A DNA stretch of 63,304 bases, the filler included. It is 11 parts of 11 records of this genome, joined end to end, with 100 filler letters (N's around TTAATTAATTAA, not from the genome) between each part and the next. Parts side by side here need not be neighbours in the genome. Positions count along the whole stretch, not along the records: positions 1 to 3,662 come from SRR15195285_2693; positions 3,763 to 6,865 come from SRR15195285_2695; positions 6,966 to 12,594 come from SRR15195285_2699; 8 more parts are not named here. One strand, 5' to 3'. Positions 1-11,842 of this stretch are shown here, piece by piece (position 1 is the first letter of the stretch; each line of letters starts with the position of its first letter). Under the pieces are notes generated by a model. It did not search any database, was not told where the DNA came from, and worked only from the letters and a program-made list of their open reading frames with translations. The translations under genes were made by a program, and so were the position numbers.

Positions 1-189
1 GTCTCTCTGTCTCTCTGTCTCTGTGTCTCTCTGTCTCTGTGTCTCTGTGTCTCTGTCCATGTACGACAACAGCAACACGCTGCCTGCTGCGCTGCTGTGC
101 CTCGCTGTCTGTCTCTGTCTCTCCGTCTGTATCTCTGTCTAGGTTTATGTCTCTGTCTCTCTCTATCTCTCTGTCTCTCTGTCTCTCTC
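1..189. repeat. TC/TCTG low-complexity microsatellite at contig start
   Basis: Imperfect (TCTG/TC)n tracts. They account for the spurious LSLCL-rich start of ORF 97..1641. Confidence 0.9.
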
Positions 190-237
190 GCGAGCCACGC
201 AGCTCTAGCGATTAACGCCACGGGTCTGATTCACCGG

Positions 238-1822
238 AGCAGGACGGACGAGGAGCTCTCGGCGCAGCCGGCGCCGGTCGCGCGGGCAGGGGCGCAGTGG
301 GACGCGAGTGGGTCGCAGAAGTTCGTGCAGGAGGAGAAGGTGGACCGACGGGAGAACTACGGGAGCGTATACAACGTGCGGCTGCGGACGCTGTCGGAGC
401 GGCTGAAGCAGGCCGCGGCGGAGAAGTGGGCGGGCGGGGTGATCGAGGGCCTGCCGCTGGTCGACGCGATCAGCTCCATCGGGAAGGGCGTCGACGTCGT
501 GGTGCTGGGGACGGTCTACAAGGAGATGCGACTCAAGCCGGACATCCTTGAGGAAATGGCCAAAGAGCGCGTGATCTCGGTGCGGAAGACGATCAGCACG
601 TACGTGAGCGAGGACCGCGAGGGCGAGGCCATCTTCCTGGAAGACGAGAGCGGCCGGCTGCAGCTGACGGCGGAGGACGGCTGCGATGGTCTGGAGAGGC
701 TGTGCACTGGCACCTCAGTGGCGCTCCGGGGTGAGCTGCTCAAGGGCGCACTCCGGGTGAAGGGATTTTGCACGGCCGGGCTCGCGCCGCAGCGTCCGCT
801 GCCGCAGATTGACACGGACAAGTTCATCCTTCTCGCGAGCGACTTGCAGCTGGGACGCGACGGCGTGAGCCCGCTGCCCAGCCAACTACTGGCCGACTAC
901 GTGTGCGGACACCTGGGGAGCAGCGCGGAGCAGGACTTTTGCGCATCCATCGTGCGAGTCGTGCTTGCGGGCAACACTACGCCGTCGGCTCCGCCGGATG
1001 CAATGAAGTCACACGAAGCGATCAGCCGTGCGATGCAGGAGCAGCACACGGGATCAGTGAGGCTCCTCGACCAGTTTGCAACGCAGCTTTGCGCTGCTGT
1101 GGACGTCGATCTGATGCCGGGCAACAAGGACCCGGTCAACACTCTGTTCCCGCAGCAAGCCTTCCATCCAACGCTGTTGCCGACGTCCTCAGAGCTGTCG
1201 TCGCTGCACCGCGTGACAAATCCGTACGAGTGCAGTGTAGACGGGGTGGTGATGCTGGGGACCGACGGCATCAACGTGAACGATCAGCACAAGTATACTG
1301 ACCCAGCCAGCGGTCGCGCCCCGATCGACACGATGGTCGACATGCTCGAGACGTCTCACGTCTCCCCAACTGCACCGGACACGATCCAGTCCTACCCGTT
1401 CCCCGACCGCGACCCGTTCGTGCTGGTACGTTGCAGCAGAGTCAGCATGACCCCGCTCAGCATGACCCCACTGCGTGCCGTACACTCCCAAGCTGTTGCT
1501 AAGCAGTCGCTGTCTGCACGCCTTCTGTCTCTGTGTGTGCTGTACCGCAGGAATCGACGCCACACGTGTTCTTCGCTGGCTGCCAGGACAGCTTTACGAC
1601 GAAGCTGCTTGAGGGTCCGAACGGAGTTCGATCGCGGGTGATCACAGTGCCGTCGTTTGCGAAGACGCAAACCGTCGTGCTACTCAACTTGCGCACACTG
1701 TGAGCAGACCTCATCCGACACTACGATACCTGTATGCCTTTGGGCTAACAGATCCGTGCGTGTGCTTATGTGATGGCAGGGACGCCACTTCGCTGAGATT
1801 TCCAGATGGCTCCGGGTTCTAG
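238..1822 (+). CDS. POLD2: DNA polymerase delta small (B) subunit, 5' end unresolved
   Basis: Motifs Y..VY..RL, LGTVYKEMRLKPDIL, LEDESGRLQL, DLMPGNKDP...PQQ.FH, VTNPY, H.SPTAPDT..SYPF...DPF. GT-AG introns 1426-1550 and 1700-1779 restore ESTPHVFFAG...VPSF; stop TAG at 1820-1822. Confidence 0.93.
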
Positions 1823-1985
1823 CTGTGGCGCGAGCAGACGAAGCAATGGCTATTCTTGGTGTGCGGACCTTAGCCTTAGGCAATGATTTGTAATGCAGTG
1901 ACCACGCACACTGGCGCCGATATTTCTGGTTCACGGCAGACCATCGCCGCATCATTGGTGTTCACACACAACAACGCCTCGTGGC

Positions 1986-3357
1986 TTAGAGCCGAGCGCT
2001 ATGCCGGTATTCTGTCCAGTCGATTCCGGGATACCGCTTGTCGACTGCGGCAATGGTAGTCTCGTTCCAGTAGTCACTTCCAACAGACGGAAAGCCCACC
2101 ACCGTTCTTTGATACGACGTGATCCGCGGGAAGATGTGGGCGAACAGCCCGAAGGCGCCGTTGCCGACCCCGTGCATTCCTTGGCCGCCAGCGTGGACCC
2201 AGTCAGAGTCTGCCCGACGCCACACGGCCCCCCAGACGCGCCGCACACCCTCTGGATAGACAACCGTCCCCCGATGGTAGGTGTCCATCTGCGTGCAATG
2301 CTGTTGTGTGAAACGGGTATTCAGACGCGCGCAAGTTGCCGGGGCTTGGCAGCTGCTCACGCGGTAGAGCAGCATCGTTCCCGGCCGGTACCTCACTAGC
2401 CGCTCGGCTTCGTACACTGATTGGCCGATCCATCCGTCGCTCCGGCCCCAACCTTCCCTGCCCTCACCAGGCATTTCGTTGTGCTGCGGCAAAGCCGCGT
2501 CGTAAGGCACGATGCCTGTCGCGCCACCCCCGTCCTCGACATGGTTCAAGTCTGACGAGCGGCCGGACACAAATGAGCGAGACGCGAAATGAGCACATCG
2601 CGCACTGTTGTGCGCATAAACAAGCAGACAAGCATCGCTCTTACAACAGATACCCGCGACACAATCGGGTCGCTCGTCCGAGGGCACGAGCATCGTGTTG
2701 TTGCCATAGTCCCAGTGGATGCCTTGGTCGCCTGTAACTGACCCGTCCCAGCCGTTCTGACCTGGCTCGGTTCGTGGCCTCTCGAAGCCGAGCGCGCCGT
2801 ACTTTGCACCGTAATTTGAGCGAGTCACGCGTAGTTCGTCCGTCCCAAGCAGTTGCTCGCACATCTTGAGGGCGCGCGGATGCAGCGTCAGTGTATTGTA
2901 TACGTCGTGCTCCGCGTCGAACGGGAACTCGCGCCCCGTACCGATGCCCCCGAAGCCACCGCCGGCGTCAACTGCCAGCTCTGCCGCGGGACGCTCTGGC
3001 GTCGGCGTAGGGAACTGCTCAGAATGGCAGCGCACGGCTTCTGCCACGAGCTGCGCTGGGTAGAGCCCATCCAGCACGAGGTACCGCTGCGTGTGCCACT
3101 GCTTCACCTGCTCCCACAAAGACATCTCTCAATCACCGGCAGCCCCCAAAATGCACCCCCCTAGCGCAAGACGACGATTCTCAAGGGACTGACTCGTCGG
3201 AGTATCAATCGATAGTAGCTACCTGAGCTGCCGTGAGGACGCAGTCGTCCGGTGCGGAGGAGACATCCTCTGGCTCCGTCCAGCGTGGCGCGCGCGTCGG
3301 CGCGCCACCGTCCGTGTGCACGCCACCCTTGGGGGCGCCTCCGCCTGACCTCTCCAT
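1986..3357 (-). CDS. Phytanoyl-CoA dioxygenase (PhyH)-like Fe(II)/2-oxoglutarate oxygenase with PTS1-like C-terminus
   Basis: Introns 3108-3222, 2552-2644 and 2289-2360 give LTAAQ|VKQWHTQRYLVL, HWD (HxD), IC|YLNH...GGATG and MDTYHRG. The protein ends -ARL*. Confidence 0.82.
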
Positions 3358-3662
3358 GTCGTGCAATCGCGCAGTGTGTGCGTGCAGGGCCGCGGCGCGC
3401 GTGCGTGTACAGTATCATATCTGCGCTGTATGTGCGCATGCAAACTTTGGCACGCGCGCGCGGGGGCGCGCGCTCATCACGGCGCGGCCGCACACACCGA
3501 CGGCACCATGCATGTTAGAATGTGTGATCGAGAGTATCGGACTAGTCAGTGCCCAGGTTGTGTGAGGCTAGTATCAAGTTCTAGCGACGGAGATGATGAA
3601 GACACGCATAAGAAGATGACGGAGCGCCTAATGCCCGCCGCCGCGAACGATCGCGGTTGAAA

Positions 3663-3762
3663 NNNNNNNNNNNNNNNNNNNNNNNNNNNNNNNNNNNNNN
3701 NNNNNNTTAATTAATTAANNNNNNNNNNNNNNNNNNNNNNNNNNNNNNNNNNNNNNNNNNNN
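3663..3762. other. Artificial contig-joining spacer N44-TTAATTAATTAA-N44 (also at 6866, 12595, 17659, 22812, 31745, 37773, 43864, 56723 and 60046)
   Basis: An identical 100-nt block occurs ten times and carries stops in all six frames. Confidence 0.99.
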
Positions 3763-3879
3763 CACACACACACACACACACACACACATCCGCTCCCTTC
3801 TTGCCCCCCTTCGTGTTCTCACGGCTGCTCTGCGTAGATCGTCGAGATCGAGGGCGACGATCAGGTCTGGCAGATCGAC

Positions 3880-6731
3880 ATGAACAGGACTTACGCATTG
3901 GGGAGCCAGGAGTGGTACCTGCAGCAGCGGAGGAAAGACAAGGAGGACTCCGGCGAGATCAAAGTCTCGATTGCGGACCGCAGCGAAGAGCTTGACGCGA
4001 TGGAGGTGCGCTTTCCTTCACATACACTGGGCCATCGCCGGTGCTCGGCATCACAGCAGCGCTGACTCACCACACGCGCGCAGTTGAGCTTCAAGAAAGT
4101 TGCGCTAGAGACGTGGGCGACGCTGTCGTCTGGCGGGAATCTCGCCGCTGGGCTAGCTTCTGCGCTGCACGTAAACATCTACTTGCTCGCCCTCGGCCTG
4201 CTGCTCTCGTCGCCGTATATGGGGATCATGACGATTGTGCGGCTGGCGGTGATGGGAACGGCCATCCAGCAGGCGTACGCGACGTTCTTCTCATCGTACA
4301 AGCACTTCAATATCACAAATGCGGACACGCTTCCGGCAGCCATTTTCGTGAACATGCTCACCTACGCGGTCGAGACGGTCGAGAACGAGAACCAGGTGAG
4401 GTACGAAACGGAGCGGGGCATCGAGAGCATGGTAGACGCCTCTTTTCGCAGGGGAGATACCACGGGAGGCGTCACTCAGACCAGCGGAATGGCCGTGGAC
4501 TACAGTATTATCTCACAGATGAACGAAACACAGGGCGAGCAATTGGCAGACTCGTTCTCGCCCCGCCTGCTGTGTGTTTCCGACGGCGGGCTTCCGATGT
4601 CCCGCCACCTGGACAACAAAGAGTACACAGAGTACGGCTGCTTCGATCAAGCAGCTTCGACGATCCTCGTTCTGATCATGATAACCACGATGTCAGTCGG
4701 CGCCATCATGACACTGCTCGGCTCAAAATTGAACGCGGGGCCACTAATTTCGTTTGTGCCGATCACGGTGCAATGTGCGTTCCTTGCTGGCTGTGGTGGG
4801 TCGATATTCAAGAAGGGGGTGTTCTTTATGGTGGACGTATCATCCCTGACAAAGAGTTTCGGTGCAGGAATCGCCCAGGTTTTCGTGAACCTGGCCCCTG
4901 TCATCGGCATGTCGGTCTTCATTCTATATGCCGAGGAGAAACTGCATCACACGAAGTACGGCCGTGTTGCGCTCCCGGGACTTCTCGTGTTCCTCACGGT
5001 CTGCTTCTACGTGATGCTGATGATCTACTTCATGGGGCAGACGGCAACCAGCGACAACTACTCGTGGAGCGACGCAATGCAAGACGCGCAAGACCCCGAT
5101 GCCAATGGTGGGCGTTCCATCCTGCCACCACTCTCCGAAGGGCGCGGCTGGCTCATGTCTCCAGATGAAATCGATGATAGCGGCAATTATCATCCATTGA
5201 AAGCCGTCGGAACGCTGTACTTACCGCAGTTTACGCACTTTCGCCTGTATCACTACATCATTGATCCGGTGCATTCTACGCCTCTTGAGGACTTCGCCAC
5301 ACAGACCGCATGTGAAGCGTGCTCGTCTGATGACGAAACGTATGCCAGTGGCTGCATCTGGGCGGACATGAACAACGTCGTAGCAGGCTCCGTATACCCG
5401 AAGTACGCGGGGACCGAGACGGAGGGTGCCTGCCACCACCGGATGTTCAAATGGGTCGTGCACTGGGCCGCAATCTTTAATTCCAAGCAAGTTGTGAACC
5501 TAGTAGTGATCACGATCGTCACGTTGCTCGCCATCCTTCTCAACTCCGCAGCGATTGAAGAGGAGACTGAGCGCGACGTAGAGTTCGACCAGGAGCTACG
5601 GACAGTCGGCAACGGCAACGTTCTCAGTGGACTCATGGGCGGATTTGTCGGCTTTAGCTCGGTTGGAAAGACGATGCTCTGCTATCACTTAGGGGGCAAA
5701 CACTACTCGGGAGTCTTCGCAGTAGCATACTACGGTGGGTTCTGGTTCCTGTTCTACCTTTTCGGCCGCTTCGTGCCATTGCCCGTGCTGGGTTCTTTCA
5801 TCTGCGCCATCGGCTTGGAGCTGCTGATCGAGCAGACCTGGCATATGCGTCATAAGGTGTCAACCGAGGAGATGATCGAGATCATCAGCTTGCTCTTCGT
5901 AATGGTCTTCAGCTTCGTCGGCGGATTCGCACTCGGCATGTTCGTGGCCCTCGTCTCTTTCACCGCCAAGTACACCTCCACACCCGTGATTAAAACCATT
6001 CTTAACGGCGATGAATACCAAGGCAGTGCTACTCGCTCGAAAGAAACGCGTGCGTTCCTCCACCGTTACGCCTCAGAGGTCATCACATTGAGACTTCAGG
6101 GCTTCGTGTTCTTCTTCACTGCCGAGAAGCTCCGCAAGTCGGTCATTGGTGTATACGAGAAACTGATGGGCGAAGGCAAGCATGTGAGTGTCACGATTCT
6201 GGTTGATTTAGCTTGGTCGCAGCACAATTCTAAAGCAACCAATCGATGTGGTGTACAGGTGAGCACGATGATCTTAGATTTCCGAATGGTAGAGTCGGTC
6301 GACGCTACGGCGGTCAAGAAACTCAAGAAGCTGCTGCGATACACAGATCGAGTTGGCCTCAAGATCTGCTTTACCAACCTGACCACAAAAATGGTAGAGA
6401 TGTTTGAGGAAGAGGGGGTGCATGAATTGAGAGTGGCGGAGAATGCACATGGACATGGCCATGGTCACGATGACGGCCACGGCCACGGTCATGGCCACGA
6501 GGCAGCGAGCGGGATAGAGACACTGAAGATTTTTGATCAGGCGGACGCCGCAGTAGAGTGGGCGTGTGACGAGCTGCTGCGCAACAAGCACCAGTTCAAC
6601 ATGATGCTGCCGGATCCCAAGACGGGCAAGTTCACAGCCAAAATCATTTTCAGAAATATCCTCACGTACATCAAGCTGGGGTTCGGCGCTCTGGTGCATG
6701 GAGAGGAGTTTGACTCGGCAACTTTCCGAGA
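3880..6731 (+). CDS. SulP/SLC26 anion transporter with STAS domain, 3'-truncated by contig end
   Basis: Many TM segments, DVEFDQELRTVGNGNVLSGLMGGFVG, LRLQGFVFFFTA, ILDFRMVESVDATA. Introns 4006-4083 and 6184-6258; next donor at 6732. Confidence 0.88.
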
Positions 6732-7201
6732 GTGCGTACATGCAGCGCACCCACGGTGTTCTTGTTCTTCCTTGATCTTAGTGGCCTCTGCCTAAACTGG
6801 TTTGGCTGCGCTAATCGTGTGGTTGGTGGGCTGGGCTCTCTCTCTCTCTCTTTTTCTCTCTCTCTNNNNNNNNNNNNNNNNNNNNNNNNNNNNNNNNNNN
6901 NNNNNNNNNTTAATTAATTAANNNNNNNNNNNNNNNNNNNNNNNNNNNNNNNNNNNNNNNNNNNNATTCTGGATGAGCATACGACACCAATTCTAGGCAG
7001 AAATTCAATAGTGCGTCGCATTTTCTCGGACTACGGCACTGCGCGGACGCGCGACAGATGTTCCCGGCCTTCAAGGTAACCCTAAGTGGTGGTGGTGGTG
7101 GCAAATGGAATGAACCGAGACGATAATCCATTGTACAAACGCGCCATCGCGGGCAACAAGCAAGCAGTGGGATTGCTGCTAGTGACAGTGCAAGAGAGTC
7201 C

Positions 7202-8418
7202 TTACATCTTTCCACCATTGACAAGAAGCGGCTGGAGTCGATTGTGCCAACGCATGAGCTGGTGCGTGACCTTGCCAGCTGGCTTAATGTAACCCATTTC
7301 GATGGCAGAATCGATTGTGGCGCGCAGCGTGTCTTGGAGGGAGTGGAACTCCATCCCGAGTAGATTCCGCGCGAGCGCCGTATCGCCCGCCATCGCGCGT
7401 TCAGTAAACTCTCCCTCTGTCTCTCCGGCAACCTGCACGTCTGGATACATCGACTGCAGCATCGTTTGGAGGTCCTTAATGCGGATTGGGCTGGTGCCTC
7501 GGGTCCCGACCATCAGAAATCGGGTGCCATTGGTGACCGTGGTGCTTTCCGCGCTGAGACGGGCACATGTTGCAATGTCTCGCGTGTCGATGATGGAGTA
7601 CATATCAGGTTCCAGTGCGTCGCCTTGAACGAGGCCAGACACACGGTACTGCCAGATCTCGAAGTGCGCCTGGCACATGATTGGACCCAGCACGTGCCAT
7701 GGGTTGTGCGATATCACATCAAACGAGCCGTCTGCTGCGGCTTCGGAGTACAGCAAGCGCTCCGTGTCAGCTTTCGAGCGCCCGTAGTCATATGCGAGCT
7801 CCTTCTTCGGACCAGACAGGTCCCCGTGGTCGGCCCAGTCGGCCTCGGTATATACGTGGTCTGCTGGCCGTCCGCCAACTACTCCAGCGACCGAGGACGT
7901 GTAGATAATCCGCTTGACGGATCCAGATTTCTTGACAGAGTCCAGGACATTCTGGGTGGCAAGGAAGCCACCGTCGTACACTTCTCGCTGCGTCACGTCG
8001 CCTGAGCCCTGGCCACCTCCTTGATGATCTCGCTCCAAGACAGCTGCGACGTGGAACACGGCAGCGCAACCGGCGAAAACTGCATCGTAGTCGCCAGGGG
8101 TCAGCAAGTCAGCCGTGTGGAGGGTCAGCTTGCCCGGCGCTCCGTACGAGTTCATGGCAAGCAGATGCGAGGTCTTCAGTGGGTTGTCGGCGTCACGCAC
8201 GCAGCAGCGCACAGTATAGCCATGATCCACGAGGTTCAGAACGATCTGGGCTCCCACATACCTGTATGTGCCGGACGCGAATAGACGGGACCACGAGCAG
8301 CGGTCAAACCAGCACGCAACACGCGCGATCCATATCTAGTGGGCTGAGTGCGTGATGCTACGTACCCGGAAGCACCTGTAACCGCGACTGGACCATCAGC
8401 GCTAGTGATTGGGGGCAT
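7202..8418 (-). CDS. NAD(P)-dependent epimerase/dehydratase (extended SDR, DFR/CCR-like)
   Basis: Intron 8262-8365 gives VAVTGASG|YVGAQ (GxxGxxG). Also VFHVAA, IIYTSSVA and catalytic YGRSK. Confidence 0.9.
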
Positions 8419-8806
8419 GTGAGTATGCGTGAGCACGAGAGCGTTCCGACGGTACGCACGCCGCCAGCACGGTACCACACACACGCCAGCACGGTACGTA
8501 CGTACCGCGCACAGCCGCGGCCGGCGCACAGTAGATCTCGAGCCCGGCACGCACACGCGCGCGCACCGACGGCACGGCCGGCGACGACGGACGCGTGGCG
8601 CGCGCGCGCGCGCGCGCGCGCGACGATCCGCGCGTCGTCCGCGCGCCCGCGCGCGAGGGATGCGCGGAGTCAGCGGAGATGGCACGGATGCGTGCATTTT
8701 CATTCAAAAGTCACATACACCGAGAACACACAACCTGGGCACTGACCATCACTCCACACCCACGTCGATCGGCCGGCGCATTAAGCGCCGACCTCCAAGT
8801 GCATGC

Positions 8807-10345
8807 ATGGATGGGTGGACGTCGCCGGCGCCGCGCGGCGGTGCGCAGGCTCGCGCCTCGAGCTCGCTGACGGAATGGCGTCCGAGGAGGCAGGGAGGCA
8901 AGCGAAGCTTGAAGCGGACAAGAAGCGCGAAGATGCGAGGAATATTGACTACATGGAGTGAGTGGCTCACAACTCATGAATACATATGCTGTCACACTGC
9001 GCGAGCAAGGGCTTGCTTGCTCTGGATACGTATGCTCTACACGCAGCACTGCATGCACCCTAGCAGTGTTCGTTTTCGGCGCATGGACTGGTGTAGAGCA
9101 TGCGTATCTTCCTTCAGCCATGATGCAGGTCGCTTGTATCTGTGCATCTGCAGGTATGCTATGGGCATCTTGCCGTATGCCACGACTGCAGCGTTATCCT
9201 GGCCGCCACTCAGCAACTTCGCTCCAACCGATGTGCTCCTCGTCTTGATCTCCGTGTTCGCCCTTATGCCGTGGGCAGGGCTGCCCCCTGGTCTGACGCC
9301 AATCCTCGTGCTATGGCGCTTGCGCGGCTGGGTGCCACACCCGTGGGCAGCGAAGAAGCGAACGGTCCTGCAAACCGCCGTGCTGGTGCTGGTCAGTCCA
9401 ATCCTTATTCCCGCTGTCTTTGGCGCAGCGCTGTTGCTGTTTTGGCCGATCCATATGGACTACATGCGCTACCGTGAGTCGACGGGCGAGCAATTAGGAG
9501 GCACGGTGGCGGCTGCCGCCTCCGTTCAGAGAGGCGAAAAGCACGATTGGCGCAAGTGGCTGAACACTCGTTGGGTCGAAACCTTTGGATACACGGACGT
9601 CACGGACCCCAAGTTGGACATCCTAACGGCAGCAATCCAAGAAAACCCAGTGAGCTACCTCAGGATGTCCGTGCCCAGAAACAAGGCCAAAGGTGGCAAA
9701 GAGACCGGGACACAGCGGGGGCGGGGGCCGCGGGAATCTCCGCACGAGGAGGGCGAAATGACGCACATACTTCCCCAGCGAGAGGGAGAGCGCCCGCTGA
9801 TGCTCCGAGGTCAGCCCCATCGTCAGATCGATCAACTACCACCAAGTATCAACGACCCGGATTGGGCGCGCTTAAATGCTGGGCTCATGGCCTCTGTCTT
9901 CGGTACCACCTCGGACCATGCCGATGCCTCCACAGCCGACGTTAAACGAATGCCGTGGCTGATTTATCCTCCTCAGCGTACTGGATGTGGTGTTTTCCGG
10001 TCGGTTGACTCGCTGTACGAAGGCACAGGCGCTAAGTCGCTTCGCTTCACGCCTTCCTCGTTCTGCAAGTGCTGCGATGACGTGGTCGATCGAAAAGGCG
10101 AGTGGGCCCATGTGCATCGTCTCGATCGCAGCTGGCACGTATTGCTCTCACCCGCTGACACAGCTGCAGTTCTACAGTCAGGCTATGGCGAAATATGGCC
10201 CGTAGCTGCACTTGGGTGGGTGCCGGTCGGCTATGTCTTGATATACGCGCCGCGCAACCCAGAGGAGATTGAGGTCCTGCTGCGGATTCTTGAGGCGTCG
10301 TGGATGTACTGTGCGCACGAATGGGAAGGCTCTGGGCGAGAATGA
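8807..10345 (+). CDS. Membrane protein with C-terminal DUF5519/'Luciferase' family domain; 5' exon structure uncertain
   Basis: LPQREGERP...PHRQIDQ, GEWAHVHRLDRSWHVLLSPAD...GYGE.WP, VLIYAPRNPEEIEV..RILEAS. Hydrophobic segments precede the domain. Confidence 0.75.
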   Translation: MDGWTSPAPRGGAQARASSSLTEWRPRRQGGKRSLKRTRSAKMRGILTTWSEWLTTHEYICCHTARARACLLWIRMLYTQHCMHPSSVRFRRMDWCRACVSSFSHDAGRLYLCICRYAMGILPYATTAALSWPPLSNFAPTDVLLVLISVFALMPWAGLPPGLTPILVLWRLRGWVPHPWAAKKRTVLQTAVLVLVSPILIPAVFGAALLLFWPIHMDYMRYRESTGEQLGGTVAAAASVQRGEKHDWRKWLNTRWVETFGYTDVTDPKLDILTAAIQENPVSYLRMSVPRNKAKGGKETGTQRGRGPRESPHEEGEMTHILPQREGERPLMLRGQPHRQIDQLPPSINDPDWARLNAGLMASVFGTTSDHADASTADVKRMPWLIYPPQRTGCGVFRSVDSLYEGTGAKSLRFTPSSFCKCCDDVVDRKGEWAHVHRLDRSWHVLLSPADTAAVLQSGYGEIWPVAALGWVPVGYVLIYAPRNPEEIEVLLRILEASWMYCAHEWEGSGRE

Positions 10346-10405
10346 AAAGCATGAGGTGACATTACCACAATGCCCGGGCGTACCAGTCGAACAGTCGCAT
10401 AATTT

Positions 10406-11842
10406 TCAGACCAGCGAGCGTGGTCCTGCTTCGCCGAGTCTTCCCACGCCGAGCAGCATCTCTCTCACACTCCGATTGAACATTGTTGCTGGAGGCAACA
10501 GAGTTGATAGCAGCTCGTGCCGCCGCCTGTTGCGATCAACGTTCGAAGCAGCTCGTCCCCCGCGTTCTGGTCCGTCTCCGCTGCGACGCGCAGGTTGCTC
10601 GTGCTCTGCAACCTGTCCGAACTCCATGTCAAGCCTCGCTTCTACCCACTGGTGGACACTTTCCGTCAGTCTGTCTGTTGGCACTGAAACTAGACCAGAG
10701 CTTAGCACTCGCGCCAGCAGGTTTGGTTCGAGCTCAAGGAAGCTCTTGTGCTGTACGATTGCCGAGAGGTAGGTGGTGCAGAAATCGCAGCAGGTCTGTT
10801 GAGGATTGCCGAGCAGGTCCTCGCGCTCTTCGGCGCCACTTGCGGAACCAGCTGCTCCATACAGGGTGTCAGCCAGCCGCCCAAGCGACGAGCTCTCCAC
10901 GACATTCCATAGTAAGCAAGCGGTTTCAACTGCCAGCGATTCGATTATCCAATCACCACACCGCTCGTGAAGAGCTGCGATGTCGAAGTAGTCCGCAAGC
11001 TCGACCACAAAACGCAGCTCTTGAACCGTTTCGATGGATATGATACCGGTATGGAGGAACTGATTCACGACCATAAAATTGTCACGATGGAAAGGAAGGC
11101 GCAGCTGGACAACACCTTCACTCGCTCTCATCGTCTCGTGCCACGTGCCACCGTTTAGCATTGCGCGAAAGAAGCCAGAACGGCAGCTCAAGATGGCACG
11201 ATTCCCTCGGCACACTAGTGGATCAAGCTGCCCAGAGGCTCCACTTGGCACGCTAGTCGCTTCGTCTGACTCGGGCTCTGGCTCCGGCTCCAGCTCCTTC
11301 AGGTCCGACATGGCAGGGGGAAGCTCGATCTGAATATCAAAGAACGTGTGGGTGTCTACATCATCCTCAAACGCTGCGAGTAGATCGTCACACAACGACA
11401 TCGTTTGCGATCGCGTCGCGCCGAGTCGTCCACCAGAATGCGCCGCCACATCCGGCGTCTTGTGGCCGTGCATTCCCAGCCCAGGAATTTCCCACGCCTG
11501 CGCGAGCTCCACTAGCTCACGCATCGTCTCGACTGGCAGCGGCTCATCGCGCCGCCGTGGTAGCTCGCCGCGGTACACCCACTGCAGCACAAGCTCGGCG
11601 GTAGATTGGCCAACCCCGTCTGGTAGCGGGACCTCCGTTCGCTTTTGCTCCTGCAGCGAGTGTTCTTGCCGCAGGCCAAGCTGCCCCCGCAGCGCGGGCA
11701 CGCGTGCCCACAGCACTCCTCGGTGAGCCCCCACGACAGCACCGACGCTCGTCGTCAGGGAGACGTCTGGGGGCGAGGGGGGCAGTCGCGATGAGATCAA
11801 AGTGCCGAGGTCAGCGGCGAGGCCAGCAGCACCACTGCTCAT
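10406..11842 (-). CDS. Tandem BTB/POZ and BACK-like domain protein
   Basis: AHRGVLWARVP...LVLQWVYRG and GNRAILSCRSGFFRAML...FLHTG...LADYFDIAALHERC, followed by a BACK-like SFLELEPNLL segment. Confidence 0.85.
   Translation of the reverse strand: MSSGAAGLAADLGTLISSRLPPSPPDVSLTTSVGAVVGAHRGVLWARVPALRGQLGLRQEHSLQEQKRTEVPLPDGVGQSTAELVLQWVYRGELPRRRDEPLPVETMRELVELAQAWEIPGLGMHGHKTPDVAAHSGGRLGATRSQTMSLCDDLLAAFEDDVDTHTFFDIQIELPPAMSDLKELEPEPEPESDEATSVPSGASGQLDPLVCRGNRAILSCRSGFFRAMLNGGTWHETMRASEGVVQLRLPFHRDNFMVVNQFLHTGIISIETVQELRFVVELADYFDIAALHERCGDWIIESLAVETACLLWNVVESSSLGRLADTLYGAAGSASGAEEREDLLGNPQQTCCDFCTTYLSAIVQHKSFLELEPNLLARVLSSGLVSVPTDRLTESVHQWVEARLDMEFGQVAEHEQPARRSGDGPERGGRAASNVDRNRRRHELLSTLLPPATMFNRSVREMLLGVGRLGEAGPRSLV

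Noticed and set aside
1698-1703. In-frame TGA near the POLD2 C-terminus as a second recoding event
   Set aside because: It falls within a GTGAG donor. Intron 1700-1779 has a GCTAAC branch site and a CAG acceptor.
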